Source of the DNA: Staphylococcus phage vB_SsapH-Golestan-100
Length of the DNA stretch: 64,000 nt
Sequence record: LC647030.1
Reading direction: 5' to 3' (one strand)
Position numbers and translations under genes: made by a program
The notes under the pieces: model-generated
The model's database searches: none
The model's input: only the letters and a program-made list of their open reading frames with translations
Told to the model about the DNA's origin: nothing
In this document: positions 37,195 through 45,359 of the stretch, piece by piece
How the letters are laid out: every line of letters starts with the position of its first letter
Numbering within the stretch: the first letter of the stretch is position 1

Positions 37195-37234
37195 AAGATT
37201 TGGTTAATAGATTAGGAGAGAGGGGGATAAGTAG

Positions 37235-37405
37235 ATGGCAATGTTTAAAGCTAAACAAAGAGTAATCAGAGTAGAAGAACGTTATATTGAGGCTGAGAGT
37301 AAAGAAGAAGTATTAGAACTAATTGAATGGGAAGATGCAGGAGAAGATAATGCACACTTTGAAATTGTTGGAGCAAGTGAGTGGGAAATAGAGGAGGAAA
37401 ACTAA
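37235..37405 (+). CDS. 56-aa acidic ORF (not in the ORF track)
   Basis: GAGAGGGGGATAAGTAG then ATG; MAMFKAKQRVIRVEERYIEAE... Confidence 0.45.
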   Translation: MAMFKAKQRVIRVEERYIEAESKEEVLELIEWEDAGEDNAHFEIVGASEWEIEEEN

Positions 37406-37650
37406 TGGAATTTTTTATAGATAGAACAAGCACTATTAATAAAAAGCCTATAGAGGGTTCCTATATAAAGAAATTGGAAGAGGTAGACCAAAAAGGTAAT
37501 CCATTTACTATAGAACGTTGGTGTGTAGAAATTAATAGCTTAGAAGAGCTTGCAGAGTTAAGTAACCAAGAGGGTGAAGTTATTATTAATACTAGAGGTG
37601 ACTCACCATTTTCACCTTACCTAGAAATATATGATTATTATAGAGAATAA
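37405..37650 (+). CDS. hypothetical protein (~81 aa; start at MEFFIDR)
   Basis: GAGGAGGAAAACTAATG; TAATG overlap with the upstream ORF. Confidence 0.55.
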   Translation: MEFFIDRTSTINKKPIEGSYIKKLEEVDQKGNPFTIERWCVEINSLEELAELSNQEGEVIINTRGDSPFSPYLEIYDYYRE

Positions 37651-37712
37651 CTAACTATACATTACCCCTTTGCTAGATTAAGAGTATGTTAATCTACAAG
37701 GGGGTTTTATAT

Positions 37713-38150
37713 ATGAACAAGACTGATATGCTTAGTCTTATAGAGCATCTTATCACTCAAGCAAGATTTTGGCACCTAGAATACGCAAAAGCTAATATAA
37801 TACCATCTGAATATGAAAAAATAAAGAGCTACAGACAAAAGTTCGATGAAGACCTATACAGAAAAGGGGAAGACATTATCAATCACATAGAATCTCAAAG
37901 CGATGTAGAGTCAATAACGATACTTCTAAAAGGCTATAGTATCCTACTAAGTTCTAACCTAGAGCAAGAAAACGCTCACCACTATACACCTCATCAACTA
38001 AGACAAATATTAGAGTCTTTAAAGGCAAAACAGAGTATAGATGAGCAAAATAGCACTAATAAACTGTATATTGAAGAAAGTGAAATCATAGGATACACTG
38101 TAACCTATCAAAGTGACTACCAATCAGAATTTCATAAAAATAAGCGATAA
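37713..38150 (+). CDS. hypothetical protein (~145 aa; start at MNKTDM)
   Basis: Start placed after the nested hairpin 37663-37708; AAGGGGG RBS. Confidence 0.5.
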   Translation: MNKTDMLSLIEHLITQARFWHLEYAKANIIPSEYEKIKSYRQKFDEDLYRKGEDIINHIESQSDVESITILLKGYSILLSSNLEQENAHHYTPHQLRQILESLKAKQSIDEQNSTNKLYIEESEIIGYTVTYQSDYQSEFHKNKR

Positions 38151-38165
38151 TATAAGACTAAGTAT

Positions 38166-38190
38166 AGAGACCATAAAAGGTCTCTTTTTC
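38166..38190 (+). terminator. rho-independent terminator
   Basis: agagacc-ataaa-aggtctct followed by T5. Confidence 0.65.
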
Positions 38191-38191
38191 T

Positions 38192-38220
38192 TTGACTTTT
38201 CTTAAAATACCTGATATAAT
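38192..38220 (+). promoter_or_regulatory. promoter (TTGACT-17-TATAAT)
   Basis: TTGACT 38192-38197, TATAAT 38215-38220. Confidence 0.6.
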
Positions 38221-38253
38221 AAGTACATAACCAATTAAAAGGAGGAACTAAGT

Positions 38254-38619
38254 ATGATTAGTGCTAAAAAAGCTAGAGCAAATAGTGATTACTATATGTC
38301 AGAACAAAGAAAAAAGGATGTAAGAAAGGACTATATCAACCATGTTGTAATGTCTATAACTAAAGAAATTGAAAAGGATAGCAAAGAAGGTAAAACGTCT
38401 TTAACTTTACCACTTAGACTGTCATATAGACTACAGACTCTATGTTTAATTGAGATTTCTGACCTTGAAGATGTTAAAGAGGAGTTAGAAAAATTAGGGT
38501 TTAATGTAACTACGGAAGTTCGTGATTCTAACTCTCTAGAAAAAACTCAACTAGAGTATTTTAAGAATAACTTGGGTATTAAAGGTGATAAAATACCTGA
38601 AATTACCATTAAATGGTAG
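38254..38619 (+). CDS. hypothetical protein, 121 aa
   Basis: AAAAGGAGGAACTAAGT RBS. Confidence 0.6.
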   Translation: MISAKKARANSDYYMSEQRKKDVRKDYINHVVMSITKEIEKDSKEGKTSLTLPLRLSYRLQTLCLIEISDLEDVKEELEKLGFNVTTEVRDSNSLEKTQLEYFKNNLGIKGDKIPEITIKW

Positions 38620-38781
38620 GTGTTAGGGTGAATAATAGACAAAGTAAATTAAAATCTGAGGATGTTATGAACATTTGGAGCCTAGCTGAACAAGGTAAAT
38701 CTTATAAAAAGAAAAATAAAAAGCTTATGAGACGTAAACAGAGGACTCTATTAAAGAGAAATTTATACAAGGAGGTCAACA

Positions 38782-39036
38782 ATGACTAATAATGAAGAGC
38801 ATAGTAACTTAGAGAAGGTATACAACAATTTCTTAGAAGAGGAAGAAAACCAAAAGTCAATTAGAAAGAAAAACTTAGAGAACGCACCTAAAAGTAATGG
38901 TTATCTAGTAGAGCATAAGGATACAGGAGACACTATAACTCCAATTTTAGTTACTGAGATAGAAGAAGTTAGTATAGATGGGGTAAGGCAGAAGAGATTA
39001 GTAAATTTCATCAATGATGAGGAGGAGGAAAAGTAA
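38782..39036 (+). CDS. hypothetical acidic protein, 84 aa
   Basis: CAAGGAGGTCAACA RBS. Confidence 0.55.
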   Translation: MTNNEEHSNLEKVYNNFLEEEENQKSIRKKNLENAPKSNGYLVEHKDTGDTITPILVTEIEEVSIDGVRQKRLVNFINDEEEEK

Positions 39037-39309
39037 ATGGCATATATTATAGACTACAATAACTGTGAACAATACGAGGATAATAGAGATTGGCATAGTA
39101 ATAAAGTTTTTGAGACAAAGAAACAAGCTATTGATTTCTTGTATGAGGAAGGTTTTAACATACAAAAAACGATTTTTGCTAATAAAGTTGAGTATGACAC
39201 AGATTTAGACGGTAATTTACTTTATTATAGAAACAATGAAGGTTTTTGGGAGAAAAGACATACAGCTATTGTTACTGAAGTAGAATATGTCCCTAGGGAG
39301 GAGTTATAA
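39037..39309 (+). CDS. hypothetical protein, 90 aa
   Basis: GAGGAGGAGGAAAAGTAA then ATG. Confidence 0.55.
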   Translation: MAYIIDYNNCEQYEDNRDWHSNKVFETKKQAIDFLYEEGFNIQKTIFANKVEYDTDLDGNLLYYRNNEGFWEKRHTAIVTEVEYVPREEL

Positions 39310-39812
39310 TGGATTTTTTAAAAATATTAGGTAAAAATGCGTGGGAATACGTTAAATATATACCATTCTTTCTCTTTTTGGGATTAATTTTATTAGTAAT
39401 CTTTGCTATAGCTGTGTTTTTAACTATGGCAATACCTATAGCCATCTTTAACTTATTCATCAATCTAGGTATTCTCAATGAGAATAACCCTAATCCCAAT
39501 ACATTTCTTATTTTTACTGTATGGATTAGCTTATTAGTATCCTTATGCTTTAGTTTGGGTGATTTAGACACTAGAAAGCCTTTATTTACTAAGTTTATGA
39601 CCGTTATATCAACAGTATTAAGTTTTTTAGTAGTTGTTAATGTTCCTATTGTGCTACTAGTCAATCTGATACCAATTTCTCCTCTGTCAAGTCTAAGTAC
39701 AGATAATCAATTTTTAATAGGGCTTATTATTTACTTTTTGTTCATGGGTATGGTATACTTATTAAGTAAACTCATTGAAGACACTAAAAAAGAGTATGAT
39801 AGGAGAGGATAA
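39309..39812 (+). CDS. polytopic membrane protein, 167 aa
   Basis: Four or more TM helices; GGGAGGAGTTATA RBS. Confidence 0.6.
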   Translation: MDFLKILGKNAWEYVKYIPFFLFLGLILLVIFAIAVFLTMAIPIAIFNLFINLGILNENNPNPNTFLIFTVWISLLVSLCFSLGDLDTRKPLFTKFMTVISTVLSFLVVVNVPIVLLVNLIPISPLSSLSTDNQFLIGLIIYFLFMGMVYLLSKLIEDTKKEYDRRG

Positions 39813-39814
39813 TA

Positions 39815-40585
39815 ATGGATAATTTACAATTTAGAGCGTGGGATAAATTTGATAAGGAAATGCTTGAAGTACATGGTATTAATTTTGATGCGCAAGGCAT
39901 TTGGACTAGAGAAATGATTGATGATGAAAGTGACGGTAATTTCATTTTCTTGGATGAGGTTGAACTCCTCCAATCAACAGGACTTAAAGATAAGAATGGT
40001 GTAGAAATATTTGAGGGAGATGTTGTTAAACACGATGCTGTACCTAATCCATTTATAAGTAATAAAAATTTTGAAATTATTCGAGCTAGAAGTGGAGAAT
40101 GGCGTATGGATAATTATAGAGGTGGTCAAGTATTAGCGTTTAGTAATCAAGAAGTAGAAGTAATTGGAAACAAATTTGAACACCCAAATTTACTAGAGGA
40201 GCGAGGGATAATGATACCGAAGTTTAGAGCGCATTTAAAAGAAAGACCATATTTAAAAGGAACAGGAATCATTGTAGATGTACAAGAGATTAATTATAAA
40301 TATGAAGAGATTGTATATGAAAGTAGAAAATACAAAGAAGTAGCAGATTTTAAGGATGTCGAACTACTCCAATACACAGGTCTTACAGATAAGAATGATA
40401 CTGAAATATTTGAAGGAGACATACTTAAGTATTGGGGAGAATGTAGACCTGTAGTATCCCATGAAGCTTCTTTTGGATGGATTGAAGGAGGAGATTACAT
40501 ACCCTTCTCTATGATGTGCATCTCAGAGATTGGTAATGCTGAGGTTGTAGGTAACATCTATGAAAACAAGGAGGAACTATTATGA
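39815..40585 (+). CDS. tandem YopX-domain protein
   Basis: Two repeats of LLQ(S/Y)TGL(K/T)DKN..EIFEGD(V/I)(V/L)K ... (V/A)EV(I/V)GN(K/I)(F/Y)E(H/N). Confidence 0.75.
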   Translation: MDNLQFRAWDKFDKEMLEVHGINFDAQGIWTREMIDDESDGNFIFLDEVELLQSTGLKDKNGVEIFEGDVVKHDAVPNPFISNKNFEIIRARSGEWRMDNYRGGQVLAFSNQEVEVIGNKFEHPNLLEERGIMIPKFRAHLKERPYLKGTGIIVDVQEINYKYEEIVYESRKYKEVADFKDVELLQYTGLTDKNDTEIFEGDILKYWGECRPVVSHEASFGWIEGGDYIPFSMMCISEIGNAEVVGNIYENKEELL

Positions 40586-41112
40586 TTTTTTGTCCAATGT
40601 GTCAATCAAAACTTGCAAATGTAACTAAAGATGTAACTTATAATGTATGTACTAGCAAGGACTGTCGGTTCTGTGAGATTACAGAGCCACCAAATATGAT
40701 GGGTGATAGACCTAACACCTATAAAATATCCTTAAGTAAACAGGTATGGGAAGATGTCACTAGTGACATCGACTTAGAAGATACGGGTATTGATAACTAT
40801 ACAGAACTACTAGAGGGTGCCATTACAAAACTCTTAGATGCTTCAAATCCTTCCTCTACCTTCTATCAAGTAGAGTATTTCAATAGAGACCCCTACACAG
40901 AATACCTAGAAGACGAGAGACTAGTACTTAGAGATTCTACTATATACAGTAACAAAGAAACCCTCATCAAGAAACTAGAATCACAAGGGTTTAAATACCA
41001 TACTCTAGATGACTTATATAGTAGTAACAACTTAGAAAACCCTATAGCATATTTTGGCGCAGGTAATCAAGTCCATGCTAAGATACACAAACTAACATTA
41101 GAATCAGAATAA
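40582..41112 (+). CDS. N-terminal zinc-ribbon protein, 176 aa
   Basis: CPMCQS...CTSKDCRFC. Confidence 0.6.
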   Translation: MIFCPMCQSKLANVTKDVTYNVCTSKDCRFCEITEPPNMMGDRPNTYKISLSKQVWEDVTSDIDLEDTGIDNYTELLEGAITKLLDASNPSSTFYQVEYFNRDPYTEYLEDERLVLRDSTIYSNKETLIKKLESQGFKYHTLDDLYSSNNLENPIAYFGAGNQVHAKIHKLTLESE

Positions 41113-41125
41113 GGAGGTCGTAGAT

Positions 41126-41605
41126 GTGAAAAGCAAAAAGGACATAAGAAAAATAAAAAAAGAACATAAACGCTTAGAGAAGGAAAGAAAATCAAGATAC
41201 CATTCCGAGTTTAAGGAAAGAGGCTCTCACATGCTTTGGCTTATTAATGAAGTCATAGATAAGGCGCTAGAGTCTAATGATTATACAGGTAATGGTAAGG
41301 AAATAAACATTACTAAACTATCTTCAAAATCCAAACCAGGTACTCTTACTACAGAGGTAGATAACAAAGACATATATTATGAGTTAGATTATCTATATAC
41401 GTTAACAGTATACTTAGAATTACCAATAGACTATAGACTATACAACTCTATAAAACTAAAATACAAAGATGTGAAGTATAAGGTTACTCACTTAGAAAAG
41501 GTAGGAGACCGTATTATAATGGAATTAAAGGTCAAAAATGATGAGCGCAATATTAATAACATCACATTATCTATTAACGACCATATGTTTATAAACTTAA
41601 AATAG
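41126..41605 (+). CDS. hypothetical protein with basic N-terminus, 159 aa (GTG start)
   Basis: TAAGGAGG RBS. Confidence 0.55.
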   Translation: MKSKKDIRKIKKEHKRLEKERKSRYHSEFKERGSHMLWLINEVIDKALESNDYTGNGKEINITKLSSKSKPGTLTTEVDNKDIYYELDYLYTLTVYLELPIDYRLYNSIKLKYKDVKYKVTHLEKVGDRIIMELKVKNDERNINNITLSINDHMFINLK

Positions 41606-41618
41606 GAGGAGAATTATA

Positions 41619-41924
41619 ATGACAAATAACTATGTATACGTATTAAAGAGCACGATAAGCATGTATGAGGTACCAACAATTGATGGTATCTTTGATAATA
41701 AAGAGGACTTAGTAAAAGTAATGAAGGAGCTTAATATCAAGAAGAGAGAAGAAGTTAGAAACGGGGAACCTAATCTTATCTACTATACGGTTGATGACTA
41801 CATTAAACAAACTTACAAAGAAGAGACTGTAAAACGTTATTACTTTGTCCACAAGGTTCCCTTAAATCATTACGATTGGTTTTTAGATAACAGGTATTCA
41901 GAAACTACTGATTTAGACATTTAA
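41619..41924 (+). CDS. hypothetical protein, 101 aa
   Basis: ATAGGAGGAGAATTATA RBS. Confidence 0.55.
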   Translation: MTNNYVYVLKSTISMYEVPTIDGIFDNKEDLVKVMKELNIKKREEVRNGEPNLIYYTVDDYIKQTYKEETVKRYYFVHKVPLNHYDWFLDNRYSETTDLDI

Positions 41925-41933
41925 TAGTAAGCT

Positions 41934-41970
41934 AGAGTATAGGTATATATACCTATACTCTATTTTTGTT
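41934..41970 (+). terminator. rho-independent terminator with a perfect 14-bp stem
   Basis: agagtataggtata / tatacctatactct, then a T-rich tail. Confidence 0.7.
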
Positions 41971-41989
41971 TATAGTCTGAGTAGGATAG

Positions 41990-42480
41990 GGCTATACTAC
42001 CACTCCCACTACCACTCCTGAAACAGCTCTTTTTAGGGTAAAAAAATTTTGGCGGTGATTTTTATTTTATATAAAATATAATAAATTCTAAAATTATTAA
42101 TTATAAAAGTAAGGGGTGGTGGGGTATACCTAGATTATGATAGAGGAGGGGTATAGTTAGGTAGGAGATAGGGGTGGTAGGGGTACAGTAGGGGTAGGAA
42201 GTGTTTTGTGAAACGGTACAAAAAAATTGGGGGTGAAAGTTGGGAAAAATTTTAGTAGCCTGGGGTAGCCCCGTAACCCCTCATGCATACCCCCTTTTAT
42301 GGATTTCAAATAAGGGGTGCTTATCCCTTGACTTCTATTAATAAATGTGCTCCCGACCTCATCCACAGATTGCCCCCACTGTCAAGCATTAATTTAATAT
42401 TGCCCCAGCACTCATAAACTATTATTTGTGTTTGCTTCAATCTATTTAATTATCTGTTTAGCCTTCAGCAAACACAAAGA
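41990..42480. repeat. noncoding G-tract/C-tract repeat region (G-quadruplex-prone) bordering the GC-richer cassette
   Basis: ccactcccactaccactcc at ~42000 opposes ggggtggtgggg, gaggagggg, ggggtggtaggggtacagtaggggtagg at 42110-42200; further G-runs ggggtagccccgtaacccc. Confidence 0.4.
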
Positions 42481-42506
42481 AGGACAAGACCAGCTGGTCT
42501 TGTCCT
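42481..42506 (-). terminator. palindromic hairpin terminator for the minus-strand acidic gene
   Basis: aggacaagacc-agct-ggtcttgtcct (perfect 11-bp stem), 13 nt downstream of the stop at 42519. Confidence 0.5.
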
Positions 42507-42518
42507 CTTCTCTCTTTC

Positions 42519-43634
42519 TTATCTGTTTATTTGGTCTATAATCTCCCCATCTTTGATGATGATAAACATGTAATCAGTTTCTACGATTGTGTGACCATCA
42601 ACAAGATAATAATTTTTGTTTACTTCTTGCTGAGCCTCTCTAAAATAGCGCTTAGACTTGAACAGTGTTATAGTTCCATACTCAGTATTTAATGCTGTGC
42701 TAACTGGTGTTACTGCTCGAACGTCTGTAATGCCCACAGACACCCCAAAGTCGTCCATAATAGCGCCTGCATACCCTAAGGCCTGCAAGTCGTAAAGAAC
42801 CTGTACGCTGTCGTCCTGTTGTGATAGAACGTCCTCTGCCTGCTCCTCCTCTATCATGTCGATGGCCTCACCAACTGTCAGAGGTTCCTCCTCTTCTTCT
42901 GTGTCTATCTCTTCGAGTTCATCTTGAAGCATTCTAGCTTCATACTCGAAGATAGCCCACGCAAGATAGTTCTTGTCCTGCGTTGTTAGTTCTAGAGGGT
43001 CGGCCTCATACATGCAGATGCTTTCTGCTTCTAATTCTATGGCCTCCTCCTGCTCTATGTCGTCCATGTCGTCCCAGTCGTCCCCGTAGTAGTCTATAAC
43101 GTTATCTTGTGCTATCTCTCTTATCTTTTCCTCCGCTTCCTGGTGTCTATCGTCTGCGCTATCTACTGGGAACATATCCGACAAGTCCTGAATACCGTCC
43201 CAGCTCTCCAGCTCCTCAATTCCGTAGACCTCAGTTACAAAGTTTTTTATTTCTTCCTCGTGCTCCTCGTAGTATGCCTTTGTGTCCTTGTAATAGATTA
43301 AGTGATTAACCATGCCCGATTCACAGCCATGGCTCACAATGTCATCAAGTAAGCCCTCAGCATCTTCTGAGTCTTGAGACATCTCTAATAAGTAGTTAGC
43401 TACATCTCTTTTTACATCATTGTCGATATATAAGAATGTGCCGAAGTAGTTAACTATAAAAGTATCTTTGATGGCTTCTGTGATTTGCTCTTGTGTCATC
43501 TCTATAAATGCATCTGTTGTGTTCTCTACTTCATCCGATAGGTTGAAGCGGTTAACTAAATATCTTGTATCTGCTTTGTCTGAATATGCTTTTGTGAATG
43601 CCTCTAAATTAGTGTTTGTTTTTAAATTTTTCAT
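42519..43634 (-). CDS. hyper-acidic protein, 371 aa (DNA-mimic/anti-restriction candidate)
   Basis: Very high D/E content (runs EEIDTEEEEEP, DDWDDMDDIEQEE); GC-richer codon usage than the flanks. Confidence 0.7.
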   Translation of the reverse strand: MKNLKTNTNLEAFTKAYSDKADTRYLVNRFNLSDEVENTTDAFIEMTQEQITEAIKDTFIVNYFGTFLYIDNDVKRDVANYLLEMSQDSEDAEGLLDDIVSHGCESGMVNHLIYYKDTKAYYEEHEEEIKNFVTEVYGIEELESWDGIQDLSDMFPVDSADDRHQEAEEKIREIAQDNVIDYYGDDWDDMDDIEQEEAIELEAESICMYEADPLELTTQDKNYLAWAIFEYEARMLQDELEEIDTEEEEEPLTVGEAIDMIEEEQAEDVLSQQDDSVQVLYDLQALGYAGAIMDDFGVSVGITDVRAVTPVSTALNTEYGTITLFKSKRYFREAQQEVNKNYYLVDGHTIVETDYMFIIIKDGEIIDQINR

Positions 43635-43683
43635 TTTTTAATATCCTTCCGAGCGTTTGCGCTCTTGTTATTTGGTATGCCTA

Positions 43684-43713
43684 ATTATAGCATTAATAAT
43701 TAAAATCTGTAAA
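43684..43713 (-). promoter_or_regulatory. repeated early-type promoter (TTTACA-18-TATAAT) plus conserved 5'UTR hairpin, copy a
   Basis: Minus strand TTTACAgattttaattattaatgcTATAAT, then gagcg-caaa-cgctc hairpin and GGAAGGATATTAAAAAATG. Confidence 0.5.
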
Positions 43714-43751
43714 GCGATAAGCCCCAATTAAAAGGGCAATTTTACACCCCT

Positions 43752-43892
43752 TTAGATTTTACGTAATACAACGTTTAACGCTCCAAAACCTTCAATTGCT
43801 TTATGGTAAAACTCTTGTGCACTCTCAACATTATCAAAGTAAAGTACAATGTTATCTGCTTGGTGTTCGATTCCTATTGATATCATAAACAT
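43752..43892 (-). CDS. 46-aa ORF (not in the ORF track)
   Basis: AAGGAGGGctaaacATG; MFMISIGIEHQADNIVLYFDNVESAQEFYHKAIEGFGALNVVLRKI. Confidence 0.35.
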   Translation of the reverse strand: MFMISIGIEHQADNIVLYFDNVESAQEFYHKAIEGFGALNVVLRKI

Positions 43893-43912
43893 GTTTAGCC
43901 CTCCTTTAATTA

Positions 43913-44194
43913 TTAAACTTCATAGTTGAATAGGTAAGCGTCCACCTCATCCAACCACTCAAAAGATTTATATTGTTCTGTGTCCCAATCCTCAAAACCT
44001 AATTGCTCGAATGTGCCCCACTGCGTAGTAAATAAGTGCCCCACCGTGTCCCCTGCAAGTCTCACAAGCACGTTGTTATTCTCTTTTAGAAACTCGTAGG
44101 AGTTGCCTCTAAACGTTTGACTGATTGCTTGCCCGTTCTCTAATCCCTGCATTACCTCGATTAATCTTGTGTTATCGTTGTTATAAATTTTCAT
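43913..44194 (-). CDS. hypothetical protein (~93 aa; start at MKIYNND)
   Basis: AAAGGAGttttaaaaATG. Confidence 0.55.
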   Translation of the reverse strand: MKIYNNDNTRLIEVMQGLENGQAISQTFRGNSYEFLKENNNVLVRLAGDTVGHLFTTQWGTFEQLGFEDWDTEQYKSFEWLDEVDAYLFNYEV

Positions 44195-44296
44195 TTTTAA
44201 AACTCCTTTTAAATATCTGTAGTAGTGATTTTTAATCACTCTATAGAGCCACCAGCAACGCTTAAGGCTTGCTGGTAGTTCTAACAATGATTAAGC

Positions 44297-44635
44297 TTAA
44301 ATAACTTCTACAGTGTCCACCTGCTTGAAATAGGCTTGCTGTTCTGTTGTTACGTCCTGGCCTACCGTTTTTAAAATGTAGCTTGTTTCTGGCACGTGCT
44401 GAAGCATTCCCGTGCGCTGGTGTGCAATGTGCCAAAAGTTCGGAGTGTAACGGTCGATGTCGTCAAACAAGATTTCAATTATTCTATGGTCTTCCGTTCT
44501 CATTCCATCGTAGAACATCCCACTTATTAAAGTACCATCAGACATGATATAAATTGCTTCTGCTAGGCTCTCTGTAGTCTCTACGCCCTCAGCCTCGAAC
44601 ATTTCAATAATTTGATTGTTAGTTAATTTTTTCAT
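44297..44635 (-). CDS. hypothetical acidic protein, 112 aa
   Basis: ORF in the GC-richer cassette. Confidence 0.6.
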   Translation of the reverse strand: MKKLTNNQIIEMFEAEGVETTESLAEAIYIMSDGTLISGMFYDGMRTEDHRIIEILFDDIDRYTPNFWHIAHQRTGMLQHVPETSYILKTVGQDVTTEQQAYFKQVDTVEVI

Positions 44636-44655
44636 TTTTTAATATCTCCTTTTAT

Positions 44656-44862
44656 TTAAACAATTTTGTAAAAACTTTTACCCTCTTTAAGTTCCCTTAA
44701 GTCTAAATGGTCGATTAAACTATAAACGTCTTCACTGTTATAATTATCTTCAAAATCTTCAAGGTTTTCAAAATCTGTAATATCTAGCCATATTTGAAAG
44801 TCACTATTTTTTAATTGTACTTGCTTTAATTCCTCATTGTGTGTATTAAATGTAATTTTCAT
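44656..44862 (-). CDS. hypothetical acidic protein, 68 aa
   Basis: Preceded by the repeated promoter/UTR element. Confidence 0.55.
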   Translation of the reverse strand: MKITFNTHNEELKQVQLKNSDFQIWLDITDFENLEDFEDNYNSEDVYSLIDHLDLRELKEGKSFYKIV

Positions 44863-44898
44863 TTTTTAATATCCTTTCGAGCTCCTGCTCTGTTATTT

Positions 44899-44928
44899 GG
44901 TATACCTAATTATAGCATTAATAGTTAA
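44899..44928 (-). promoter_or_regulatory. repeated early-type promoter plus 5'UTR hairpin, copy b
   Basis: TTTACAgaatttaactattaatgcTATAAT; gagc-agga-gctc hairpin; GGATATTAAAAAATG. Confidence 0.5.
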
Positions 44929-44952
44929 ATTCTGTAAAGCGATATGCTTAAA

Positions 44953-45180
44953 TTATTTTGAATATCTAACGATTTTATTTGCTTTCATAAATGCGACATC
45001 CTGACGATATTTTGATAACTCTGCTTGCCATTTTGCTAACTCTTTTTCATGTATGTTAATTATGTCTTGGCAATCTATACCATCATTCAAGTACCCGTTA
45101 AATTGTTTTACTGTTGCTCTAGAATAGTTTACTTTTCCTCTGATTCCGATTAGGTTTAAAGTTGTTGTAATTTTTTTCAT
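44953..45180 (-). CDS. hypothetical basic protein, 75 aa
   Basis: Preceded by copy c of the promoter/UTR element. Confidence 0.55.
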   Translation of the reverse strand: MKKITTTLNLIGIRGKVNYSRATVKQFNGYLNDGIDCQDIINIHEKELAKWQAELSKYRQDVAFMKANKIVRYSK

Positions 45181-45229
45181 TTTTTAATATCTCCTTTGCC
45201 TCGTTGGGCTTGTTTTATTTGGTATAACT

Positions 45230-45259
45230 AATGTACCATATTAAGTTAAATTCTGTAAA
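45230..45259 (-). promoter_or_regulatory. repeated promoter/UTR element, copy c (weaker -10 TACATT)
   Basis: TTTACAgaatttaacttaatatggTACATT...GGAGATATTAAAAAATG. Confidence 0.4.
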
Positions 45260-45281
45260 GCGATATGACTAAATTTGTTAA

Positions 45282-45329
45282 TTTTTTTTTTTTTTTTTTT
45301 TTGACTTTTTATCAAGAGTGTGATATAGT
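45282..45329 (+). promoter_or_regulatory. T21 homopolymer fused to a consensus promoter (TTGACT-17-TATAGT) for the downstream plus-strand block
   Basis: T-run 45282-45302 overlaps TTGACT 45301-45306; TATAGT 45324-45329. Confidence 0.5.
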
Positions 45330-45359
45330 AGATACATATGAAGGAGGAGTATGTAAAAT

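Noticed and set aside
39293-39664. 123-aa minus-strand ORF
   Set aside because: It lies fully inside the plus-strand polytopic membrane protein gene, which has a strong RBS. It is an antisense artefact.
42157-42366. Pro-rich 69-aa minus ORF in the G-tract region
   Set aside because: Its composition is dictated by the C-rich strand (PTPTVPLPPLSPT) and it has no RBS. It is more likely noncoding structured DNA or RNA.
43107-43309. Two plus-strand ORFs inside the acidic protein gene
   Set aside because: They are antisense artefacts of the GC-richer segment.
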